Of a stretch of DNA of 14,988 nt, positions 1 to 7,303 are shown one piece after another; position 1 is the stretch's first letter, and every line of letters begins with the position of its first letter. The notes below the pieces were generated by a model. The model did no database searches and was not told the origin of the DNA. It saw nothing but the letters and a program-made list of their open reading frames with translations. The translations under genes were made by a program, and so were the position numbers. This DNA comes from an uncultured archaeon (GTDB lineage: Archaea; Asgardarchaeota; Lokiarchaeia; Sigyniarchaeales; SOKP01): assembly GCA_964447495.1 (NCBI GenBank), contig CAYUTF010000081.1, forward strand, positions 1 to 14,988, written 5' to 3'.

Positions 1-44
1 ACAATAATTATAAACGAACAATTTTTTTAATTTATTGATTCTTA

Positions 45-2243
45 ATGCGTAGAAGTAATTTAGTGTTAACAAGATATTTGATTATTTTATTTTTTATAAT
101 AACTCCTCTCTTCGGTTTAATTTCAATTTCAAAGGAATATAATAACAATCATATGATTGAACTAAATAGCTTGGAATTATCAGATAAAATTGCTAATATT
201 GAGTTAACAGATTTGCCTCAAATTGATTATGCTACTCTAAATGATACTTGGTATAATCCCAAAATTGAAATGTTGATAATTTCACCGAATCAAAGTGAAT
301 TCGTTGATGAATTAAAACCCCTTGCCGAATGGAAAAATTATAAGGGGGTAAAAACGGTTATACTCTCTAATTATACGTTATATCCTGGAATAGATGATGC
401 TGAGAAAATTAGAAACATGATTAAGTCATATTATGCTAGTGATAATATCCGATGGGTTCTATTAGCAGGTGATGCTGAAGATGATGTAATCCCAATTCGT
501 TATGTTCTTAATCCTGATGTATTATTGGTTTCACCTCCTGAATCAGAATATTCCAATTTGGATGATTATTATAAACCTACAGATTTTTATTATGCTGAAT
601 TAGATGGTAATTGGAATGAAGATGGAGATGGAAATTGGGGTGAAAATCCTAAAAACAATGCAAATGGGAAAGATGAAATTTCTTGGATTCCAGATGTATA
701 TGTTGGTCGATTGCCAGCGGATAATGCTGTAGAACTTTCAAATATGGTTAATAAATCACTAAAATATGAAATGAATCCAGAAGTTGGAGATTGGATGAAT
801 AAAATGTTATTAGCAGGAGGTATCTCATTATATTATCCCGCAGAAGATGAAGCACGACTTACTGAATATATTTGGCAACATTATACATATCTAAATATGA
901 ATTTTACTAATCTGATAAAAACTACTTCTAGTTTTACTCCAGCTATACCTCCTCCGCCAAACCAACAGGCAGCTCTTAATAATGTAAATTTTGAGGGAGC
1001 TTTTAATGGAGATGCATTTGGTGAAGGAAATTCAGTAGTATTCTTTGCCGGACATGGTGATCCAGGAGTATTTAGTGATGAAAGTGGATCTAATTATTAT
1101 TCTAACACTGATGCTAGCAGTAGCAGTAACTTAAACAAACCATCTTTGGTATACGCAGATGCTTGTACAACAGCTCCTTATGATCTTGATTATAGTGTAG
1201 GAGATAATAATATTGGAGAGAATCTTATTAATCGACCACATGCAGGAGCTATTGGATATATTGGAGGAATACGCGTTAACTGGTATTTACCGGATGATAT
1301 AAATTTAGAAAAATTAAATCGGGGAAATGCGAAACTATTTTTCAAAGAATTCTTCGGGGAAAAAAAGTTCCAACAAGGAAGAGCACTGTTCGATTCTAAA
1401 GTAAGCTACATGAACAGCGACTATTTTCTGAGGGGAGATACCTCAATGGTATTAGAATGGCAAAGAAAAAATATTCTAGCCTATAATCTATTAGGCGATC
1501 CTGAAATTGACATATATACCGATATTCCCACTTCTGTTCCTAATTTCTTTCAAGGAGATATATATGAAGGTCAACTGCTTTCTTTCAATGTTAAAGATAA
1601 TTTAGACAGAACTGTTCCCTATGCACGAGTACATCTAAGAAGTTCAGATGGGAAATATCGGACGGTTTATGCTGATATTAATGGAGACGTTAAATTTAGA
1701 CTGCCCCTCCAAAATAATGAGTTCTATAATGTGACCATCACGGGGCACAATTTAATACCCACTACTTATAATTTTACTACTAAGGAAGATGTAGATTTAC
1801 CTAAGTTGATTACATTTGAAAGTATACCTCATGATTTATCTGTTGATGACCACCTTTACTTTAGCTTAGTTAGTCAAGATAATCATTCAGGAATAGAAAG
1901 TGTATTTATTATATTAACGAAAAATAACTTTGAAGAATACTACGTATATAGAGTTGGGAATAACTTCGATGAGAATCTTCAGGAATTTAATATTACATTT
2001 AATAAGATGGACCCGGGAGATTATTCTTATGCCTTTATTGTTAGAGATTATACGAATAAAACTAAAATTTATTATGAAGAATCGTTTAAATTTCTAATAG
2101 AGACCCCAATTATATATTATATAACGATAATCTCAGTTTTCATGATCGTCGGTATTGTGTGTATCTCAATTTTCTATACTATTTTTAAACTAAACGAATA
2201 CAATAATATAAATCAAAGAATTCCTCCAGATCTCAAAATGTAA
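45..2243 (+). CDS. Peptidase C25 (gingipain-like) cysteine protease, membrane-anchored
   Basis: C25-type motifs LAEWKNYKG, WVLLAGD, PTDFYYAELDG, PDVYVGRLP, catalytic His (FFAGHG) and Cys (YADAC), and YNLLGDP. Hydrophobic N-terminal signal/anchor and a C-terminal TM helix (IIYYITIISVFMIVGIVCISIFYTIF). Confidence 0.9.
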   Translation: MRRSNLVLTRYLIILFFIITPLFGLISISKEYNNNHMIELNSLELSDKIANIELTDLPQIDYATLNDTWYNPKIEMLIISPNQSEFVDELKPLAEWKNYKGVKTVILSNYTLYPGIDDAEKIRNMIKSYYASDNIRWVLLAGDAEDDVIPIRYVLNPDVLLVSPPESEYSNLDDYYKPTDFYYAELDGNWNEDGDGNWGENPKNNANGKDEISWIPDVYVGRLPADNAVELSNMVNKSLKYEMNPEVGDWMNKMLLAGGISLYYPAEDEARLTEYIWQHYTYLNMNFTNLIKTTSSFTPAIPPPPNQQAALNNVNFEGAFNGDAFGEGNSVVFFAGHGDPGVFSDESGSNYYSNTDASSSSNLNKPSLVYADACTTAPYDLDYSVGDNNIGENLINRPHAGAIGYIGGIRVNWYLPDDINLEKLNRGNAKLFFKEFFGEKKFQQGRALFDSKVSYMNSDYFLRGDTSMVLEWQRKNILAYNLLGDPEIDIYTDIPTSVPNFFQGDIYEGQLLSFNVKDNLDRTVPYARVHLRSSDGKYRTVYADINGDVKFRLPLQNNEFYNVTITGHNLIPTTYNFTTKEDVDLPKLITFESIPHDLSVDDHLYFSLVSQDNHSGIESVFIILTKNNFEEYYVYRVGNNFDENLQEFNITFNKMDPGDYSYAFIVRDYTNKTKIYYEESFKFLIETPIIYYITIISVFMIVGIVCISIFYTIFKLNEYNNINQRIPPDLKM

Positions 2244-2474
2244 GTCAATTAACTTAATTTTTATTATTATAGCGTGCAAAAGGAGCCTCATTTTTAATTC
2301 CAATGTTTTTAAAAATGAAATTTTAATTGAGTCAATTCAATTTTGATAAAATTTAATTAATAAGCTACACTATCTCTAAATACTTTAGACCGAATAAGGA
2401 AACATTTCTAATGAAAATATTGATCCTTATTGAATGGTCTCATGTGATAATCTTAACCACTATATTTATCTCGA

Positions 2475-2613
2475 AAAGCGCCGGAAGTTAAACTGTTTCG
2501 CGTTGCATTCAGTACTGTAGTTGCGATCTATGGGAACTTGCAAACTGTAGCTTTGGCTACGGTCATGGTGATCCAGGATATACCCGGTCCCATCCCGAAC
2601 CCGGAATCGCTTT
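2475..2613 (+). other. Bulge-helix-bulge/loop-like splicing-endonuclease motif formed by the two ends of the 5S unit
   Basis: The outer helix 2475-2480/2608-2613 is followed by a 3-nt bulge AAU (2605-2607), a 4-bp central helix CCGG(2481-2484)/CCGG(2601-2604), and AAG (2485-2487) on the opposite strand. The inner side is relaxed. Confidence 0.8.
2487..2606 (+). rRNA. rrf: 5S rRNA, circularly permuted (3' half 2487-~2552, then 5' half ~2555-2606)
   Basis: 5' half is GGCTACGGTCATGGTGATCCAGGATATACCCGGTCCCATCCCGAACCCGGAA, with the loop C hallmark CCCATCCCGAAC. 3' half is GTTAAACTGTTTCGCGTTGCATTCAGTACTGTAGTTGCGATCTATGGGAACTTGCAAACTGTAGCT, with loop E AGTA/GAA and a GCGA-containing loop D. Helices I-V can all be drawn. 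The unit is 120 nt long and GC-rich against an AT-rich background. Confidence 0.93.
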
Positions 2614-2661
2614 CTATATATGTGGTTAAAGATGATCACATATTTCATTACAATTTTTCAA

Positions 2662-2679
2662 AGAAAAACGTTTTTAAAA
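2662..2679 (+). promoter_or_regulatory. Putative BRE-TATA promoter for the 2700 gene (probably leaderless)
   Basis: AGAAAAACG followed by TTTTTAAAA, ending 20 nt before the ATG at 2700; no SD-like motif. The AT-rich background limits certainty. Confidence 0.45.
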
Positions 2680-2699
2680 TATAATTCTAATTTGATCTT

Positions 2700-3242
2700 A
2701 TGTTCGATAAGTTCATCTTAATTCTAAAATCAATTGGTCGAAAATGGTTTCTGTTATTAATATTACTAATTGTGATAATCTTTCTATTCAATCCAGAAAT
2801 TGCAATTTGGATGATAATCATTACGTTAGTTATATATTTAGTTTCATTTATCCCAAACTTATTCTTTTCCAATAAATTTAATAGATATATAAAGAAATTC
2901 CATTCCTTAGAAGATAAAGCTCTCGCAAAAAAATTTAATAAACCTCTTAAATTAATACAAGAAAAATTATTTGATCTCTTCCAAAACCAAGAGAAAAAGA
3001 ACTGGGTCATTATTTATCTTAACAAGCAATACATATTTTATAATCGGGAAAGTGTAGAGAAGTTTATGGAATTATATAATAGTGGTTTTGGAGAAAAAGA
3101 AATTTTAGAAAATCTGCAAGAATATGGAATAAAAACGAGAGCGGAAGTCAAAGCAATTTCGGATATTTTAATAAAATTCAACAAACTTAAAGATAGAGAA
3201 GTTTCAGTTAAAACTTATCGTAATGAACAACGATTTAAGTGA
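2700..3242 (+). CDS. Hypothetical membrane protein (two N-terminal TM helices, basic soluble domain)
   Basis: 180-aa ORF with hydrophobic stretches WFLLLILLIVIIFLF and IAIWMIIITLVIYLVSFIPNLFF. It ends 5 nt from the convergent gene. Confidence 0.75.
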   Translation: MFDKFILILKSIGRKWFLLLILLIVIIFLFNPEIAIWMIIITLVIYLVSFIPNLFFSNKFNRYIKKFHSLEDKALAKKFNKPLKLIQEKLFDLFQNQEKKNWVIIYLNKQYIFYNRESVEKFMELYNSGFGEKEILENLQEYGIKTRAEVKAISDILIKFNKLKDREVSVKTYRNEQRFK

Positions 3243-3247
3243 TTTGA

Positions 3248-4927
3248 TCATGATTGTGTGATTTTATTTATATTCGCAATTTCTCTTAATATGATCAAAA
3301 CAAGTTCAATCTCACCGTTCTTATTTTTTGATGCGATATTTGTGGTGCACCAACACTTAATTTTCAAATCTTTTTTTCCCTGAAAGATATATTCATATTC
3401 ATGAATTTTTCCATCCGTAAAACATTTTTTCGCGATACAGTGCTTGCAGGGTTTATTTGAATTCAATAAGAATTCATAACATTTCTTATCCTCAAATTGA
3501 GAATTAAATAAATTCTGCGTTTCATTATTTACCCAAATAATATTGAATTCCTTGTCAATCAAGATTATGGATTCAGTCAATGAGCAGAGAATAGCGGTGA
3601 GTAATTGATTTGTATTTTTCAAGGTTTCCTCTGACCATTTTCTTTGTAAAGCATTTCCAATAATTTCAGATGAAGTTTTTAGCAAAGTGAAATCATCCCT
3701 TCTCCAGCGCGTTGATCCTTCAAGATCGTCGAATCCAATAAATCCGAGTAATTTTTCATTTATTTTAATTGGAAAAAGTACTAATGATTCAATATTTAAT
3801 TTCTGCAATTCTGCTTTTGTGTGTATTTCCTTTTCTGGAAGATCTGAAACATTTTTTATATACACATATCCTTTTTTTTCATACTCTTTTTGAATCCAAG
3901 GAAAATCATCGACATTTGAGTTTACCAAATTTATTTTATTATGCTTGGTCGTTTCAGAGCAAGAAACTTGCGAATAAAATTCTACTGTTTTGTCTTCATT
4001 ATTGAGTAATAGATATGCGTTGGAAGCACCAATTAATTTTCCCATTTCGATTAATGAATAATCGATCGCATCATCTATATCGATATTACTGATAAACCTT
4101 GAAGAGACAGAGGATATTAATTTTTCTATTTCTAGTTTATGCTCTATCAATTGATTGGCTTGCTTAATTTCGGAAAGATCCAATAGAATTGCTTGTAATA
4201 TCTTTACATCCCTTAGTTTTACAATAGATAATAGCGATGTAATCCATATGATACTGCCATCTTTTTTATATATTTTAAATTCAGTAGGTTTAACTATGAT
4301 TCCATTCCATGTATTCTGTAACCTTTCTTTTAAAAGAGGGAGATATTTCAAGGGATATGCTGATAATTTGAGATAATTTTTATGAATTAAATCTTCTTTG
4401 CTATATCCAAAAATTTTTACAGTAGCCTGATTACAGTCTATTATGCTTCCATTTTGATCTAATAATACAATTGGAAAAGGAGCCTGTTCAAAAAGGTGTT
4501 TGTATTTTTCTTCTGATTGCTTCAAATCCAATTCGATTAATTTCTGCTTACTAATATCATTAATGTAAATAATGATAAGATCATCTGGAACTAAAAAGAA
4601 ATTGATTGAAAGATAGTTTAATTTATCATTAGCTTGTGGAGCATATTTGATCTCTTTGATTTCTCCTTGCTTCTGTAGCATACATTCATTCATTTTTTGT
4701 AGAATAAGGGGGGTTTCTTTAAAGAACTCTGAAGCTGGGGTGTTTAATAAGTTTTTTATATCAATGTTTTGTTCTTTTTCAGCAGCAGCATTATAATCAA
4801 TTAAAATAAAATCATCTTCTATTTTCTGCCAAACATAGGCAGGATTAGGAAAGCTGTCAAAAATAATTTTTAAAATTCCATGGGAGAGAATCGATCTATC
4901 GTCTATTATCGTCATTGACTTTTCCAA
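3248..4927 (-). CDS. PAS-PAS-GAF-PAS sensor protein with no output domain
   Basis: PAS (IFDSFPNPAYVW...DYNAAAE), PAS S-box (SEEKYKHLFEQAPFPIVLLDQNGSIIDCNQAT...FGYSKEDL...KKDGSIIW), GAF (IESLVLFPIKINEKLLGFIGFD...W), and a final PAS (SIILIDKEFNIIWVN...CYE...PCKHC). TTG start, exact start uncertain. Confidence 0.88.
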   Translation of the reverse strand: MEKSMTIIDDRSILSHGILKIIFDSFPNPAYVWQKIEDDFILIDYNAAAEKEQNIDIKNLLNTPASEFFKETPLILQKMNECMLQKQGEIKEIKYAPQANDKLNYLSINFFLVPDDLIIIYINDISKQKLIELDLKQSEEKYKHLFEQAPFPIVLLDQNGSIIDCNQATVKIFGYSKEDLIHKNYLKLSAYPLKYLPLLKERLQNTWNGIIVKPTEFKIYKKDGSIIWITSLLSIVKLRDVKILQAILLDLSEIKQANQLIEHKLEIEKLISSVSSRFISNIDIDDAIDYSLIEMGKLIGASNAYLLLNNEDKTVEFYSQVSCSETTKHNKINLVNSNVDDFPWIQKEYEKKGYVYIKNVSDLPEKEIHTKAELQKLNIESLVLFPIKINEKLLGFIGFDDLEGSTRWRRDDFTLLKTSSEIIGNALQRKWSEETLKNTNQLLTAILCSLTESIILIDKEFNIIWVNNETQNLFNSQFEDKKCYEFLLNSNKPCKHCIAKKCFTDGKIHEYEYIFQGKKDLKIKCWCTTNIASKNKNGEIELVLIILREIANINKITQS

Positions 4928-5108
4928 ACCTTATAAGATGTTAAAACTGTCTGGATGAGTTAATTTGAAATTATCGCACATTATTTTTATGAAAAATTAA
5001 TGCAATATTATTTTAGAGATAAGCCTATATAAGATTATGGTATTTTTAGCATTTTTTTTTAATTTGTTTAATTTTTAGAAGCAAAGAAAAAAAAAGATTT
5101 TGGGAATA

Positions 5109-5387
5109 TTAAATGCTTAAATCTCCGAATTTATAATATTTTCTTACTGGTTTTTTTACTTTCCATTCGCAATTTAATCCTTTTGGAAATTGCACTAAAT
5201 CTCCTTTTTTAAACTCTAGTTTTTCACCCGTAGAGGAATCAGTGACCACCACGTCCCCTTCTAATATATAGCAAGTTTCAGTTTCATCATAAGACCAAGG
5301 GAATTCACTTTTCTCCTTTTCCCATATACCCCATGATTCTACATCTAGCTTCTTTAAAAGTTCTTCAGTTGGTTGTTTCTTTTTCAT
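5109..5387 (-). CDS. Small cupin, DUF861/Cupin_3 (EutQ-like) family
   Basis: WGIWEKEKSEFPWSYDETETCYILEG...GDLVQFPKGLNCEWKV...RKYY is typical of this family. Confidence 0.88.
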   Translation of the reverse strand: MKKKQPTEELLKKLDVESWGIWEKEKSEFPWSYDETETCYILEGDVVVTDSSTGEKLEFKKGDLVQFPKGLNCEWKVKKPVRKYYKFGDLSI

Positions 5388-5445
5388 ATATCTTACCTTA
5401 GTACATTCATTTATTTAATATTACTTATAATACAATTTGGCATAA

Positions 5446-5470
5446 ATAGTCATTGATAATTGATGACTAT
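5446..5470. promoter_or_regulatory. Inverted repeat ATAGTCAT-N9-ATGACTAT in a divergent intergenic region; possible operator
   Basis: Perfect 8-bp arms at 5446-5453 and 5463-5470, between the divergent cupin and GTPase genes. Confidence 0.4.
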
Positions 5471-5654
5471 ACTAATTATTTGAGAGCACGTTACAAATAA
5501 GATTGATTTTTCTGATTGCCTTTAATTAAAAATTTCGCGATATTTTAAATTTAAATTTTCGTAAAACCAAACAATAAAAAATGAAAACTTATATCAAATA
5601 TTTATTAAGTAATTTAATTAAGTTTTAAAACTTAAACTCGCAAAGTTCATCACA

Positions 5655-6176
5655 ATGACTAAAAAATTCATCCTTAAGATTCTTACAGCAGGTGAAGGTG
5701 GTGTTGGAAAAACTACGCTCCTCCATCGATTTGTGGAAGGCCGTTTCTCAGCGGACACACGCATGACAATAGGTGTAGAGTTTTTTCTAAAAGAGTTAGA
5801 GCTCGATGATAAGCATTGTACATTACAGTTATGGGATTTTGGTGGACAAGAGCGATTTCGCTTTTTATTAGAGAGTTATGTATTGGGAGCTAAAGGAGCA
5901 CTATTGATGTTTGATTTAACACGCCCAATTACCTTAGAAAACTTAGAGCAATGGATAAATATTGTACGAAAAGGTGATCCTGACTTGCCGATTCTATTTT
6001 TAGGAACAAAAAATGATTTAGCAGAAGAGATTATGATAGATGATAATTACGCTTTAGCTTTTAAAGATGAATTTAAATTGATAGATTATCTACGCATCTC
6101 AAGTAAGTCAGGAGAAAATGTGGCAAAAGCATTTGATATCTTGACTTCAAGGATATTAGAACGGCAAAGTTATTGA
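5655..6176 (+). CDS. Rab-like small GTPase (Ras superfamily), paralogue 1
   Basis: G1 GEGGVGKT, G2/RabF1 TIGVEF, G3 WDFGGQERF, G4 TKND, G5 SSK. No C-terminal Cys motif. Confidence 0.95.
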   Translation: MTKKFILKILTAGEGGVGKTTLLHRFVEGRFSADTRMTIGVEFFLKELELDDKHCTLQLWDFGGQERFRFLLESYVLGAKGALLMFDLTRPITLENLEQWINIVRKGDPDLPILFLGTKNDLAEEIMIDDNYALAFKDEFKLIDYLRISSKSGENVAKAFDILTSRILERQSY

Positions 6177-6200
6177 AGGTAAAGATGTTATTATTTATTA

Positions 6201-6638
6201 ATGAATGATAATATAGTTGTTATCGATGCTAATTTCATTTTATTACCTTTTCAATTTAAGATAGACTTTTTAAATGAAATAAAGCAGAAGCTTCCCGGAA
6301 AAATAACCTTTATTATTTTCAAGCAAGTAATAGATGAGCTAAAAGCTAAAGAAGAACGAGAATATAAAGCTAATAAATTTTCTAAATTATTCAATTCAGG
6401 CTTATTATATTTGGAAAAGAATGAAGCTGATTATGATATCTTATATAATCCTGTAATTAAAACTAAAAATGAGACATCTGATGATTTTTTATTAAGAAAT
6501 TGTAGAGAATTAAAGATAAATGGCAAAATGGTATATTTAGCAACCAATGATAGTGAATTAAAGAAGAGAGCAAAACAAAACAAAATAAATATTATTTATG
6601 TTAGACAAAAAAAATTTATATCAATTGAGAGGCCGTAA
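6201..6638 (+). CDS. PIN-domain ribonuclease, Fcf1/Utp24-like archaeal type
   Basis: VVIDANFILLPFQFKID, VIDEL, SDDFLL and LATNDSELKKRAK...IIYVRQKK carry the acidic PIN residues and the Fcf1-like C-terminus. Confidence 0.88.
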   Translation: MNDNIVVIDANFILLPFQFKIDFLNEIKQKLPGKITFIIFKQVIDELKAKEEREYKANKFSKLFNSGLLYLEKNEADYDILYNPVIKTKNETSDDFLLRNCRELKINGKMVYLATNDSELKKRAKQNKINIIYVRQKKFISIERP

Positions 6639-6767
6639 AAAAATTTATTATTCTTCGAAATTTCAATTATTATAATTATTTTGTCATTTCTAATTGCTTA
6701 GGAAAGATAGTTAGACAACCTGCATTAGTGTAAAAAATAGAATTAAAATCTGACTCTGAATGGAAAA

Positions 6768-7298
6768 ATGTCAAGATCAAAAGTATTGAAAACCATTATT
6801 ACTGGAGAGGGAGGTGTTGGAAAGACGACTCTGCTGCATAGATATATAGAGGGTCATTTTGATGCTAATACGCGCATGACAATTGGGGTAGAGTTTTTTC
6901 TAAAGGAGTTAAAAGTTGATAATGACTCAATTCTCCTTCAGATTTGGGATTTCGGAGGTCAAGAGCGCTTTCGTTTTCTTTTAAATAATTATACAAAGGG
7001 GGCTAAAGGTGCCTTATTGCTTTTTGATTTAACCCGTCCATTAACTTTAAACACTATAGAAGGATGGGTAAATATTTGCCGTTCAGAAGATCCTGAATTA
7101 CCAATTCTATTAGTTGGTTCAAAAGCTGATTTAGAGGAAATGATTGCAATAGACGATGAGTATATCTCGTCCTTGAAAAACGAGTTCGATTTTTTTGACT
7201 ACCTGCGAATCTCTAGTAAAACGGGAGAAAATGTGGAGAAAACTTTTGAAATAATCGCAAGAGAGATTATAAAACATGTTAAAAAACTACATGGGTAA
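6768..7298 (+). CDS. Rab-like small GTPase (Ras superfamily), paralogue 2
   Basis: G1 GEGGVGKT, TIGVEF, WDFGGQERF, G4 SKAD, G5 SSK. Closely similar to 5655-6176. Confidence 0.95.
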   Translation: MSRSKVLKTIITGEGGVGKTTLLHRYIEGHFDANTRMTIGVEFFLKELKVDNDSILLQIWDFGGQERFRFLLNNYTKGAKGALLLFDLTRPLTLNTIEGWVNICRSEDPELPILLVGSKADLEEMIAIDDEYISSLKNEFDFFDYLRISSKTGENVEKTFEIIAREIIKHVKKLHG

Positions 7299-7303
7299 TT
7301 ATA

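Larger units (their letters stand above)
2442..2641 (+). repeat. Long imperfect inverted repeat (predicted precursor processing stem) enclosing the permuted 5S rRNA
   Basis: ATGTGAT-A-ATCTT-AACCAC-TATAT (2442-2465) pairs with 2616-2641 (23 WC pairs, 1 mismatch, 2 single-nt bulges). AAAGCG (2475-2480) pairs with CGCTTT (2608-2613). Confidence 0.9.

Noticed and set aside
2481-2606. CCGGAA direct repeat read as the target-site duplication of a mobile element
   Set aside because: The hexamer is part of the conserved 5S sequence and forms the splice-motif helix; no transposase is nearby. A recombinational origin is not excluded.
2476-2612. Intron-containing tRNA suggested by the GC-rich patch and BHB-like motif
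   Set aside because: No cloverleaf with acceptor stem or T-loop can be built, whereas the 5S hallmarks fit throughout.
2466-2648. 60-aa minus-strand ORF in the ORF track
   Set aside because: It is antisense to the permuted 5S rRNA and has no protein features.
2687-3010. 107-aa minus-strand ORF
   Set aside because: Shadow of the 2700-3242 gene.
3687-4376. Three short plus-strand ORFs (68, 78 and 73 aa)
   Set aside because: Antisense shadows inside the PAS/GAF gene.
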